From Pristiophorus japonicus (Eukaryota): a stretch of DNA of 64,000 bases. Positions 25,740 through 39,309 of this stretch are shown in pieces; within the stretch, counting starts at the first letter, position 1, and each line of letters starts with the position of its first letter. A model generated the notes under the pieces. It was not told the DNA's origin. It made no database searches and was given only the letters and a program-made list of their open reading frames with translations. The position numbers and the translations under genes were made by a program. Location: NCBI RefSeq assembly GCF_044704955.1, contig NC_091999.1, positions 50,220,001 to 50,284,000 of the forward strand. The letters run 5' to 3'.

Positions 25740-26960
25740 TGTGTGATCCTGTCCCCTCTCTCTCCAGAGCCGTATATACATATCAATCTAATCCCACAGC
25801 CGCGCTCATTCCTCATAGTGCTGTATAAACCGAAACTAATCATACAGCCACTCTCTCCAGGAAGCCCGATACCAATCACAAACTAACACCAATGCGCCTC
25901 TTTCCCCAGATTCATGTAGGAATTCTAATCTAATCCCACAGCCTCGCTCATTGGCTATACCCCAGTTACAATCCCAAACTAAGTATGTTTTCTTCTATTT
26001 CCCTATATTCGTCGAACTAATCCACTGCATACTCTCCACAAAGCTCTGCATTACTGAAAAACAAATTCCTCTTTCCCCTCTTTCCCCATATTTCTGCATC
26101 AATCCAAAACTAATCCTACTACCCATTTCCCCCATATCCATGTATGAAACCCAACTTAATCTGAGAGGCCCTCTCTCCTCATTTCCCGTTATCAATTCCA
26201 AACTAATCCCATTGCCTCGCTCTCTTTCCAAAGCCGTGTATCAATCCCAAAGTAATCCCATTGCCCGTCTCCTTCCCCATAAAAATGTATCAATCTCAAA
26301 CTAATTTCACTGCCCTGCTCACTCCCCATTGTCCTGTTTCAATCCCAAACTAATCCCACAGCCCGTCGCTCCCCATGGCCCTCTACCATTCGCAAACGAA
26401 CCACACTGTCTTTCCTGTCATCGCATAGGCCTTTATCAATACGAAAGTGATCCCACTGCTTGCTCTTTCCCCATATTCCTGAATCAATGCCAAACGAATC
26501 CCACTGTTCAGCTCACTCTCCATTGCCCTGTACAAATCCCATACTAATCCGAAAGACCTCTCTCTCCCCACAGCCCTCAATCTCACCCAAACTGATCCTG
26601 CTGCCCCACTGTCTCCCCATAACCCTGTATCAATCCCAAACTAATCGCAAGGCCCCTCTCTCTCCCCACAGCCCTGTATCAATCCCACACTAATCACACT
26701 GCCCCACCCACGCATCATAGCCCTGTATCAATCCCACACTAATCACACTGCCACACCACGCACCATCGCCCTGTATCAATCCCACACTAATCACACTGCC
26801 CACCCAAGCACCATAGCCTTTATCCATCCGAAACTAACCTCAGTGTGCCTCTCTTTCCCTATAGTCGTATATGAATCCCAAACTAATGCCACTGCCATGC
26901 TCTCTCCTGGCTCTCTTCACGTAGCCTTCTATCAACGCCAAACAATTCACACTGATCCAT
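25740..26960. repeat. ~47-49 bp minisatellite, about 25 degenerate copies
   Basis: Unit CCCTGTATCAATCCCAAACTAATCCCACTGCCCCTCTCTCCCCATAG; most homogeneous at 26620-26820. Confidence 0.9.
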
Positions 26961-28196
26961 CATGAAGGAAGGGAAAAAGCACATGGACCTGCTCCAATCA
27001 GTCGCTATTTTCCAATTGAGGAACATGGGTGGAGACTCGGTAAAATCAAGTCCCCACATCAATTCTAACCATATCCCATCCCGAAAGACTTATGCCTTCC
27101 TATTGCCTCCCCGCCCTGTCTACACACAGCATGTCTTAAATTTTATCGTCTTCCATCAGTGAATTATTTGGTCCCATAACTAGATCTACCGTTTGCAAAC
27201 TGCATGTGAAGCACCACTGCTGGCTTGGAGTCGCCGGAAACGTTACAGTACGTCACCAGCAATGAGGTCCAGTGGTCTGCGGTTCGCTCGTGACTTCCGA
27301 TATTCAGCAGCAGATTGCTCGGGGCGTTGCCCAGGTCAAATTGATGCATGCAATTTGTTTTCATATACTCAAAATGGCAACACATTTGGGATCGAGACAG
27401 TAGAAACGAAGTGGCCTCGTAGTGAGTCTCAGCAACTACAACTACATTTAATAATGCACAATTGAATGAAAAATGATGATGTAGCAATTTGCAATGGGAG
27501 ATGGNNNNNNNNNNNNNNNNNNNNNNNNNNNNNNNNNNNNNNNNNNNNNNNNNNNNNNNNNNNNNNNNNNNNNNNNNNNNNNNNNNNNNNNNNNNNNNNN
27601 NNNNNNNNNNNNNNNNNNNNNNNNNNNNNNNNNNNNNNNNNNNNNNNNNNNNNNNNNNNNNNNNNNNNNNNNNNNNNNNNNNNNNNNNNNNNNNNNNNNN
27701 NNNNNNNNNNNNNNNNNNNNNNNNNNNNNNNNNNNNNNNNNNNNNNNNNNNNNNNNNNNNNNNNNNNNNNNNNNNNNNNNNNNNNNNNNNNNNNNNNNNN
27801 NNNNNNNNNNNNNNNNNNNNNNNNNNNNNNNNNNNNNNNNNNNNNNNNNNNNNNNNNNNNNNNNNNNNNNNNNNNNNNNNNNNNNNNNNNNNNNNNNNNN
27901 NNNNNNNNNNNNNNNNNNNNNNNNNNNNNNNNNNNNNNNNNNNNNNNNNNNNNNNNNNNNNNNNNNNNNNNNNNNNNNNNNNNNNNNNNNNNNNNNNNNN
28001 NNNNNNNNNNNNNNNNNNNNNNNNNNNNNNNNNNNNNNNNNNNNNNNNNNNNNNNNNNNNNNNNNNNNNNNNNNNNNNNNNNNNNNNNNNNNNNNNNNNN
28101 NNNNNNNNNNNNNNNNNNNNNNNNNNNNNNNNNNNNNNNNNNNNNNNNNNNNNNNNNNNNNNNNNNNNNNNNNNNNNNNNNNNNNNNNNNNNNNNN

Positions 28197-28395
28197 TTCT
28201 TAATGCCAGTTCATTGGGTATATTCAAGAGGGAGTTAGAGAAAGCCCTTGTGGCGAAAGGGATCAAGGGTTATGGAGAGAAAGCAGGAAAGTGGTTCTGA
28301 AGTGAATGATTAGCCATGATTTTATTGAATTGTGGTGAAGGTTGTAAGGGCCGAATGGCCTACTTCTGCACCTATTTTCTGTGTTTCTATGTTTC
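28197..28395 (+). mobile_element. CR1 3' end emerging from an N-gap
   Basis: IFKRELEKALVAKGIKGYGEKAG then 3' UTR and (TTTCTATG) tail. Confidence 0.85.
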
Positions 28396-29709
28396 TATCT
28401 CCCATTTCCTCCCGCCACCCCAATTGGATGTGATTTCTGGGGTAAAGATCTATTGGGATAGACGGGGTACAGTTGTCCTCCATCTATTGGGGAACTGGTT
28501 GGCCAATGGTCCTGAGCTATGTTATTACAGTGCGACAAATATTCATATTAGATCCGGTGTCAGTCAACACTGAGATTTTCAGTAGTGACTTCCTCTCACT
28601 ACATTTGTACATGACTGGTCCCCACTGCCACGGTGCAGTAGATCAGCTGTCATTACACAATCAGATGTCCATTCCCTGATGATAAAGCTCAGCATTTTCC
28701 ACATTCTTAATCCGAACTACAAAAAGAGATAGGGTTTTATTCAAAATAATTCAGATATCCGTCCATTCATATTCTTGTTCTACTCTTTCAGATTGAACTT
28801 TTATCAATCAACCAAATTGTTCAATGCATCAATATCTTTCTATCTATCAGTCTGCCCTATAATCTACATATAGCTCTATTTGTCTTAATTTCTTAACATA
28901 TATCAACAACTCTCTCTATANNNNNNNNNNNNNNNNNNNNNNNNNNNNNNNNNNNNNNNNNNNNNNNNNNNNNNNNNNNNNNNNNNNNNNNNNNNNNNNN
29001 NNNNNNNNNNNNNNNNNNNNNNNNNNNNNNNNNNNNNNNNNNNNNNNNNNNNNNNNNNNNNNNNNNNNNNNNNNNNNNNNNNNNNNNNNNNNNNNNNNNN
29101 NNNNNNNNNNNNNNNNNNNNNNNNNNNNNNNNNNNNNNNNNNNNNNNNNNNNNNNNNNNNNNNNNNNNNNNNNNNNNNNNNNNNNNNNNNNNNNNNNNNN
29201 NNNNNNNNNNNNNNNNNNNNNNNNNNNNNNNNNNNNNNNNNNNNNNNNNNNNNNNNNNNNNNNNNNNNNNNNNNNNNNNNNNNNNNNNNNNNNNNNNNNN
29301 NNNNNNNNNNNNNNNNNNNNNNNNNNNNNNNNNNNNNNNNNNNNNNNNNNNNNNNNNNNNNNNNNNNNNNNNNNNNNNNNNNNNNNNNNNNNNNNNNNNN
29401 NNNNNNNNNNNNNNNNNNNNNNNNNNNNNNNNNNNNNNNNNNNNNNNNNNNNNNNNNNNNNNNNNNNNNNNNNNNNNNNNNNNNNNNNNNNNNNNNNNNN
29501 NNNNNNNNNNNNNNNNNNNNNNNNNNNNNNNNNNNNNNNNNNNNNNNNNNNNNNNNNNNNNNNNNNNNNNNNNNNNNNNNNNNNNNNNNNNNNNNNNNNN
29601 NNNNNNNNNNNNNNNNNNNNNNNNNNNNNNNNNNNNNNNNNNNNNNNNNNNNNNNNNNNNNNNNNNNNNNNNNNNNNNNNNNNNNNNNNNNNNNNNNNNN
29701 NNNNNNNNN

Positions 29710-32115
29710 CGCCTTCACGGTACACGACACTAAAAACATCCCAATAATAGAAAACAAAGTGGAAATGGGGAAGAGGAAACTTAAAACATTTCACAAAATA
29801 AAAAGTATTGGTTAGCATAATGGGACTACATTTCACAAGTCGCCTGGAACTGATGGTCCGCATCCTCGGGTCTTAAAAGAAGTGGCTGCAGAGATATTGG
29901 ATGCATTGTTTGCATTCGACCAAAATTCCCTGGATTCTGGAGATATCGCAATGGATTGGAAAATCGCAAATATAATGGTGCTATTTAAAAAAAGAAGACG
30001 ACAGAAAAAAGGACGTTATACCCTGGTTAGCCGAGCATTTGTCGTGGGGAAAATGCTCGAATACTTTATTAAGGAAGTAGTAGCATTGCATTTAGAAAAG
30101 CATAATAAATTCAAGCAGAGTCAGCATGATATTTTAAAACGTAAATCATGTTTGACAAATATTCTGGAATTATTTTAAGATGTAACTATCACGGTGAATA
30201 AGAGGGAATGTGTGGATGTGGTGTATTTTGATCTCCAGAAGGCATTCGATCAGGTGCCACATAAAGATTACTGCACACGATACAAGCTCAGGGGGTCGGT
30301 GATAATATATTGGCATGGACAGAGGATTGGCTAACTAACAGAAAATAGAGAGTCGGGATAAACGGGTCATTTTACGTTGGGAAAACCGTAATTCATGGGA
30401 AGCTACAGTGATCAGTGCTATGGCTTCAACTATGTACCATGAAGATTAACGATTTGGATGAAGGAACCGTGTGTAATGTCGACACGTTTGCTGTTTATAC
30501 AAACATGGGCGGGAAAGCATGTTGTGAGGAGGACACAACGAATATACAACGGGATATAGACAGGCTAAGTGAGTGGGAAAAGATTTTGCAGATGGTGCAT
30601 AATGTGGGAAAAAATGAGGTTGTCCACTTTGGCATGAACCATAAAAAAGCAATTTAATATTTTAATCGAGAAGGACTACAAAATGCAGCAGTACAGAGGG
30701 ACCTGATCTCTATCTCTCTGTGAACAAACATTTGGTTTCGACCTTCACGGTACAAGACACTAAACACATCCCAATAATCGACAATAAAGTGGCTATAGGG
30801 AGGAGGAAACTTAAAACAATCACTTTCACTAAAGAAAAAGTATTGGGACAAATAATGGAAGTAAAGTTGGACATGTCGCCTGGAACTCATGATCCGCATC
30901 CTCAGGTCTTAAAAGAAGTGGCTGCAGAGATATTGGATGCATTGTTTGCAATTTACCAAAATTCCCTGGATTCTGAAGAGATCCCAACGGATAGAGAAAT
31001 CGCAAATATAACGGTCCTATTTTCAAAAAGTAAGATGACGGAAAGCAGGAAATTAGACACTAGGTAGCCTAACATCTATCGTTGGGAAAATGCCAGAGTC
31101 CTTTAGTAAGGAAGTAGGAGCATTGCATTTGGAAAAGCGTAATTCATTCAAGCAGAGTCAGCATGATTTTTTTGAGAAGTAAATCATGTTTGGCAAATAT
31201 TCTTGAGTTATTTGAGGATGTAACTATCAGGGGGGACGAGTGGCTGTGCTGTAATTGGATTTCCAGAAGGCATTCGATCAGGTTCCACATAAAAGGTTGC
31301 TGCACAGGATACAAGCTCAGAGGGCCGGTGGTACTATATTGGCACGGATAGAGGATTGGCTAACTAACAGAAAGCAGAGAGTCGGGATAAACAGGTCATT
31401 TTACGGTGGGCAACCGTAACTAATGGGGTGCCACAGTTATCGATGCTATGGCCTCAACTATTTGCAATCTATATTAATGACATGAATGAATGAATGGAGT
31501 GTAATGTGGCCAAGTTTGTTGATTATGCAAAGGTGGGTGGGAAAGCATGTGTTGAGGAGGACACAGAGAATCTGCAAAGGGATATAGACAGGCTAAGTGA
31601 GTGGGAAAATATTAGGCAGATTGTGCATAATATGGGAAAGTGTGAGGTTAAGCACTTTGGCAGGAACAACAAAAAAACAATTTAATTTTTAACAGAGATG
31701 GATTACAAAATGCAGTTGTACAGCGGGCCCTGAAGTCTTAAGCATGAAAGACAAACGTTAGTATGAATGTAAGGCAAGTAGTCAGGAAGGCAAATTGAAT
31801 GTTGGCCTTTATTGCAATGGGAATGGAATATAAACGGAGGAAAGTCCTGCTACAACTGTACAGGATATTGGTGTGACCACACCAACAACACTCCGTACAG
31901 TTTTGGTCTCCTTATTTAAGGAGGGATATACTGGCATTGGATGGAGTTCAGAAAAGTTTCACTAGTTTGAATCCTGAGAAAAATGTGGTGACTTATGAAA
32001 AAAAGTGGAGCAGGTTGGATCTATACACATTGAGGATTAGAAGAATGAGATGTGAACACGTTGAAACATATAGGTTACTGAGGGTGTTCGACAAGTTAGA
32101 TGCAGAGAGCATGTT
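29710..32115 (+). mobile_element. Two tandem copies of an old CR1 ORF2 fragment
   Basis: Both start near CCTTCACGGTAC..GACACTAAA (29712, 30742); KSCLTNILE, FAVYT/FVDYA (FADDT remnants). Confidence 0.85.
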
Positions 32116-33294
32116 TAACTATCTATCTACCTCTCCATTTTCCTCTGCCACCCCAATTGGATGCGAATTCTGATGTGAACCTCAATAGAATACAAGCATT
32201 GGTGGGATGAGTGTTTGATTCACCCCTGGAACTAGAGGTGAAATGCAAACGCGGACAAGGGGATGAATGGCTGTTCTATCTCATGGTGGATAGGATGTAT
32301 CAGCAGCTCAGTGACTTTCGTTTGGAGACGGGATCAAATTCATAAACAGATAGACGGGATATAGTTGTCCTCCCTCTATTGGGGGACTGGTTAGGGCAAT
32401 GTTCGTGGACTATGTTATTACAGAGTAACACGTGTTCATATTAGATCCAGTGTCAGTCGAAACAGATATTTTAATCTGTGACTTCCTCACACTATATTTG
32501 TACATGACCACTCCCCATAACCACCGTGCAGTTAATCATGTATCAGTACATACTGATATTTGTATCTCCTGACTTCCTCCCACAGTATTAGTTTATGATT
32601 CGTTCTCATTGCCATTGTGCAGTAGATCAGGTATCAGCACACAATAAGATTTCCATACCCTGATGATGACACTAAGCATTTTACACAATCTTAATCCGAA
32701 CTTCAAACAGAGATAGGGTTTTATTCAAAATAATTCACTATCCATCTGTTCACATTCTTATTCTACTCCTTGGGATTCAACACAACATTTGTCAATCTAC
32801 CAAATTATTTATTGCATCAATACTTTTCTATCTATCAGTCTGTCCAATAATCTACATATTGCACTATCTGTCCTAATTTATATCAACAAACCTCTCTATA
32901 TTTTTGTACATATATCNNNNNNNNNNNNNNNNNNNNNNNNNNNNNNNNNNNNNNNNNNNNNNNNNNNNNNNNNNNNNNNNNNNNNNNNNNNNNNNNNNNN
33001 NNNNNNNNNNNNNNNNNNNNNNNNNNNNNNNNNNNNNNNNNNNNNNNNNNNNNNNNNNNNNNNNNNNNNNNNNNNNNNNNNNNNNNNNNNNNNNNNNNNN
33101 NNNNNNNNNNNNNNNNNNNNNNNNNNNNNNTCTCCATCTCTCACACACAACCTCTCGCTCTTTTTCTCCATCTATCCATCTATCTACCTTTATCTGTACA
33201 TATATACCTATCCATCTATCTATCTCTCTATCTATATATGAACAAATATTTGTTATATGTCTTCACGGTGCACGATACTAAAAACATCCCAATA

Positions 33295-36200
33295 TAGAAA
33301 CATAGAAACATAGAAAATAGGTGCAGGAGTAGGCCATTCGGCCCTTCTAGCCTGCACCGCCATTCAACGAGTTCATGGCTGAACATGCAACTTCAGTACC
33401 CCATTCCTGCTTTCTCGCCATACCCCTTGATCCCCCTAGTAGTAAGGACTTCATCTAACTCCTTTTTGAATATATTTAGTTAATTGGCCTCAACAACTTT
33501 CTGTGGTAGAGAATTCCACAGGTTCACCACTCACTGGGTGAGGAAGTTTCTCCTCATTTCGGTCCTAAATGGCTTACCCCTTATCCTCAGACTGTGTCCC
33601 CTGGTTCTGGACTTCCCCAACATTGGGAACATTCTCCGTGCATCTAATCTTTCTAAACCCATCACAATTTTAAACGTTTCTATGAGGTCCCCTCTCATTC
33701 TTCTGAACTCCAGTGAATACAAGCCCAGTTGATCCAGTCTTTCTTGATAGGTCAGTCCCGCCATCCCGGGAATCGCCGCACTCCCTCAATAGCAAGAATG
33801 TCCTTCCTCAGGTTAGGAGATCAAAACTGTACACAATACTCCAGTTGTGGCCTCACCAAGGCCATGTGCAATTGTAGCAACACCTCCCTGCCCCTGTACT
33901 CAAATCCGCTCGCTAAGAAGACCAACATGCCATTTGCTTTCCTAACCGCCTGCTGTACCTGCATGCCAACCTTCAATGACTGATGTACCATGACACCAAG
34001 GTCTCGTTGCGCCTCCCCTTTTCCTAATCATTCACCATTCAGATAATAGTCTGTCTCTCTGTTTTTACCACCAAAGTGGATAACCTCACATTTATCCACA
34101 TTATACTTCAACTGCATGCATTTGCCCACTCGCATAACCTATCAAAGTCGCTCTGCAGCCTCATAGCATCCTCCTCGCAGCTCACACTGTCACCCAACTT
34201 AGCGTCATCCGCAAATTTGGAGATACTACATTTAATCCCCTCGTCTAAATCATTAAGGTACAATGTAAACAGCTGGGGCCCCAGCACAGTACCTTGCGGT
34301 ACCTCACTAGTCACTGCCTGTCATTCTGAAAAGTACCCAACTACACTTTGCTTCCTGTCTGACAACCAGTTCTCAATCCATGTCAGCACACTACCCCCAA
34401 TCCCATGTGCTTTAACTTTGCACATTAATCTCTTGTGTGGGACCTTGTCGAAAGCCTTCTGAAAGTCCAAATATACCACATCAACTGATTCTCCCTTGTC
34501 CACTCCACTGGAAACATCCTCAAAAAATTCCAGAAGATTTGTCAAGCATGATTTCCCATTCACAAATCCATGCTGACTTGGACCTATCATGTCACATCTT
34601 TCCAAATGCACTGCTGTGACATCCTTAATAATTGATTCCATCATTTTACCCACTACCGATGTCAGGCTGACCGGTCTATAATTCCCTGTTGTCTATCTCC
34701 CTACTTTTTTAAAAAGTGGGGTTACATTGGATACTCTCCACTCGACAGGAACTGATCCTGAGTCAATGGAATGTTGGAAAATGACTGTCAATGCATCCGC
34801 TATTTCCAAGGCCACCTCCTTAAGTACTCTGGGATGCAGTCCATCAGGCCCTGGGGATTTATCGGCCTTCAATCCCATCAATTTCCCCAACACAATTTTC
34901 CGACTAATAAGGATTTCCCTCAGTTCCTCCTCCTTACTAGACCCTCTGACCCCTTTTATATCCGGAAGGTTGTTTGTGCCCTCCTTAGTGAATACCGAAC
35001 CAAAGTACTTGTTCAATTGGTCCGCCATTTCTTTGTTCCCCATTATGATTCCCCTGATTCTGACTGCAGGGGACCTACCTTTGTCTTTATAACCTTGTTC
35101 TCTTTACATATCTATAGAAACCTTTGCAATCCGTCTTAATGTTCTCTGCAAGCTTCTTCTCGAACTCCATTTTCCTTGCCCTCATCAAACCCTTTGTCCT
35201 CCTCTGCTGAGTTCTAAATTCCTCCCAGTCCCCAGGTTCGCTGCTATTTCTGGACAATTTGTCTGCCACTTCCTTGGCTTTAATACTATCCCTGATTTCC
35301 CTTGATAGCCACGGTTGAGCCACCTTCCCTTTTTTATTTTTAAGCCAGACAGTAATGTACAATTGTTGTAGTTCATCCATGCGGTCTCTAAATGTCTGCC
35401 ATTGCCCATCCACAGTCAACCCCTTAAGTCTCATTCGCCAATCTATCTTAGCCAATTCACGCCTCATAACTTCAAAGTTACCCTTCTTTAAGTTCTGGAC
35501 CATGGTCTCTGAATTAACTGTTTCATTCTGCACCCGAATGCAGAATTCCACCATATTATGGTTACTGTTCCCCAAGGGGCCTCGCAAAACTAGATTGCTA
35601 ATTAATCCTCTCTCATTACACAACACCCAGTCTAAGATGGCCTCCCCCTTAGTTGGTTCCTCGACATATTGGTCTCGAAAACCATCCCTTATGCCCTCCA
35701 GGAAATCGTCCTCCAACGTATAGCTTCAAGTTTGGTTCGCCCAATCTATATGCATATTAAAGTCACCCATTATAACTGCTGCACCTTTATTGCATGCACC
35801 ACTAATTTCCTGTTTGATGCCCTCCCCGACATCACTACTACTGTTGTGATGTCTGTACACAACTCCCACTAACGTTTTTTGCCCTTTGGTGTTCTGCAGT
35901 TCTACCCATATAGATTCCACATCATCCAAGCTAATGTCCTTCCTAACTATTGCATTAATCTCCTCCTAACCAGCAATGCTACCCCACCTCCTTTTCCTTT
36001 TATTCTATCCTTCCTGAATGTTGAATACCCCTGGATGTTGAGTTTCCAGCTCTGATCATCCTGGAGCCACGACTCTGTAATCCCAATCACATCATATTTG
36101 TTAAGAACTATTTGCACAGTTAATTCAGCCACCTTATTACGGATACTCCTTTCATTAAGACACAAAGCCTTCAGGCTTGTTTTTTTTAACACCCTTTGTC

Positions 36201-36424
36201 CTTTTAGAATTTTGCTGTACAGTGGCCCTTTTTGTTCTTTGCCTTGGTTTTCTCTGCCCTCCACTTTTCCTCATCTTCTTTCTGTCTTTTGCTTTTGTCT
36301 CCTTTTTGTTTCCCTCTGTCTCCCTGCATTGGTTCCCATCCCCCTGCCATATTAGTTTAACTCCACCCCAACAGCACTAGCAAACACTCCCCCTCGGACA
36401 TTGGTTCCGGTCCTGCCCAGGTAG
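33295..36424 (-). mobile_element. Young near-full-length CR1 (ORF1 C-terminus, whole ORF2 with frameshifts, tail) inserted into an older CR1
   Basis: ORF1 end LGRTGTNVRGGVFASAVGVELN*; EN LNERSIRNK, ITESWL, GDFN; RT DFQKAFDKVPH, FADDAK; host CATCCCAATA|...|GACAATAAAG rejoins as in the 30768-30790 copy. Confidence 0.95.
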
Positions 36425-37765
36425 GACAATAAAGTCGCTATAGGGAGGAGGAAACTTAATACAATCAGTTTCACTAAAGAAAGATTATTGGGTAAAAAAA
36501 TAGGACTAAAGTTGGATAAGTCGCCTGGAATTGATGGTCTGCATCCTCGGGTCTGAAAAGAAGTGGCAGCAGAGATATTGAATGGGTTGGTTGCAATTTG
36601 CCAAAATTCCCTGGATTTTGGAGAGATCCCAACAGATTGGAAAAACGCAAATATAACGATCATATTTAAAAAAGTAAGACGACAGAGCAGGAAATTGTGC
36701 ACAGGTTAGCCTAACATCTGTCTTTGGGAAAATGCAAGATTCCTTTAGTAAGGAAGAAGAAGTATTACATTTGGAAACGCATGATACATTCAAGCAGAGT
36801 CAGCATCCTTTTTTGAAAAGTAAATCATGTTTGGCAAATTTTCTTGAGTTCTTTGAGGATGTAATTGTCAGGGTGGTGAGGGGGTACGAGTGTATGTGCT
36901 GTATTTGGATGTCCAGAAGGCATTCGATAAGTTGCCACATAAAAGGTTACTGCACAGGATACAAGCTCAGGGGGTCGGTGGTAATATAATGGCATCGACA
37001 GAGGTTTGGCTAACTAAGAAAACAAAGAGTTGGAATAAACGGGTCATTTAACGGGGAGCAAACGGTACCTATTGCGATGCCACATTTATCGGTGCTATGG
37101 CCTCAACTATTTACAATCTATATTAATGAGTTGGATGAAGGGACCGAATATAATTTAGCCAAGTTTGCTGATGATATAAAAATGCGTGGGAAAGCATGTT
37201 GTGAGGAGGACACAAATAATCTGCAAAGGGATATAGACAGGCTAAGTGTGTGGGAAAACATTTGGCAGATGGTGCATAAATTGGAAAAGTGTGAGCTTAT
37301 CCACTTTGGCACGAACAATAAAAAAACAATTTAATATTTTCATGGAGATGGATTACAAAATGCAGTAGCACAGAGGGGCCTGACGTCTTGAGCATGAAAT
37401 ACAAAAGTTAGTATTTATGTACAGCAAGTAATCAGGAAGGCAAATTGAATGTTGGTCTTTATTGCAAAGAGGATGGAAGTTAAACACAGGGAAATCCTGC
37501 TACAATGGAGAGGTTATTGGTTTGACCACACCAACAGTACTGCATACAGTTTTGGTCCCCTTATTTAAGGATGGATATCCTGGTTTTGGAGGCAGTTCAG
37601 AAAAGTTTCACTAGTTTGTATCCTGTGAAAAAAGGGGGGACTTATGAAAATAGGTTGATCAGGTTTGATCTATACACATTGGGGATTAGAAGAATGAGAA
37701 GTGATCACATTGAAACATATAAGTTACTGAGGGCGTTCGACAAGGTAGATGCAGAGAGTATGTTT
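36425..37765 (+). mobile_element. Old CR1 ORF2 fragment (third array copy)
   Basis: Continues 33240-33294; FADDIK at ~37165; ends at the same breakpoint (GCAGAGAG.ATGTTTA.CTATCTATC) as the 32115 copy. Confidence 0.85.
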
Positions 37766-38754
37766 AGCTATCTATCCAGCTGTCCATTTTCCTCCACCCA
37801 CTCGAATGGGATCCGATTTCTGATGTAAATCTCAATAGTATACAAGCATTGGTGAGATGAGTGTTTTACTCAACCTCAGAACTTGAGGTGAAATGTAAAC
37901 GCTGACAAGGGTTGAGGGACTGCTCTATCTAATGGTGGACAGGACGTGTCAGTAGTTCCGTACCTTTATTTGGATCTGGTTTCAAATTCAGACACAGATA
38001 GACGGGATACAGCTGTCCTCCCATATTGGTGGATTGGGTAGGCCAATGTTCCTGAGCTATGTTATTACAGAGTGACAGTGTTCATCTTAGATCTGGTGTC
38101 AGTCGATACAGATATTTTCATCTGTGACTTCCTCACACTACATTTGTACATGCCTGCTCCCATAACCACCGTGCAGTAAATCATGTGTCAGTACATACTG
38201 AGATTTATATCTCCTGACCTCCTCCCACAATATTAGTGTATGACTAGTTCTCACTGCCATTGTGCAGTAGATCATGTTTCAGCACACAATATGATTTCTA
38301 TACCCTGATGGTGACACTAAGCATTTTCCACATTCTTAATCCGAATGGAAAACAGAGATTAGCTTTTATTCAAAATAATTCGCTATCCTTCTGTTCACAT
38401 CCATCATCTACTCCTTGGCATTCAAAAGGACTTTTGTCAATCTACCAAATTGTTTATTGCATCAATACCTTTCTATCTATCAGTCTGCCCAATAATCTAC
38501 ATATTGCTCTATCTATCCTAATTTATATCAACAACTCTCTCTATATGCTTGTACATANNNNNNNNNNNNNNNNNNNNNNNNNNNNNNNNNNNNNNNNNNN
38601 NNNNNNNNNNNNNNNNNNNNNNNNNNNNNNNNNNNNNNNNNNNNNNNNNNNNNNNNNNNNNNNNNNNNNNNNNNNNNNNNNNNNNNNNNNNNNNNNNNNC
38701 CATCGATCTGTCTATCAATGTACATATCTATCTATCTGTCTATCTATCTGTCTA

Positions 38755-39300
38755 CTGAACATGCTGGACATAATCACCAGGTCTGACTGTATCTGTGGAG
38801 AGATAAATAGGTTTAAGATTTCAGGTCGAAGACCCTTCATCAAAAGTGGAAACAGTTGGATATGTTACATATTATTAAGCAATTTTCGAGTCAGGGTTAG
38901 GTTTTGTGGAGTAAAGAATAAATGGTAAGAACTGTGATAGAATGGAAGGCAAGAGTGATAGAAAGACAAAAGCGATGATGCTGCTTGGCAAAAGGAGATG
39001 GTAATGGGACAAGTTAAGAAACAAATGTTTGGTCGACATGAAGTATAAATGGGAACGGCAGAACCATCAACTGCTGCCATTTGGCAGAAAAACATAGAGG
39101 CGGAAGTTCTGGTCTGAATTTCTATTGAATTCGATATTGAGCAAATAATGCTGTAAAATCGAAGATAAGGTGCTATTCCTCGTGCTTGCATTGAGATTCG
39201 TTGGAACCGTGTAAGAGACTGAGGATGGAGACGTCAGAGTGGGAGTGGAGCAGAAAATTAAAGCGAGAAGCGGGTTCACGCTTATGGGCTGAATGGAGCT
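38755..39300 (-). mobile_element. Penelope-like element fragment with hammerhead-like motif
   Basis: Minus strand TTGATGA AGGGTC TTC GACCT GAAA at 38819-38843, preceded on minus by a pyrimidine-rich body; family assignment is inference. Confidence 0.5.
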
Positions 39301-39309
39301 ATTCTTCAA

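Larger units (their letters stand above)
28395..38760 (+). repeat. Tandem segmental array, ~3 copies of [old CR1 fragment + 0.8 kb non-TE block + GATA tract]
   Basis: Blocks 28395-28920, 32115-32916 and 37765-38557 align; CR1 parts 29710-30710, 30720-32115 and 33240-33294+36425-37765 align. Confidence 0.85.

Noticed and set aside
27448-29863. ORFs of 245-315 aa in the track
   Set aside because: Artefacts of translating through N-gaps
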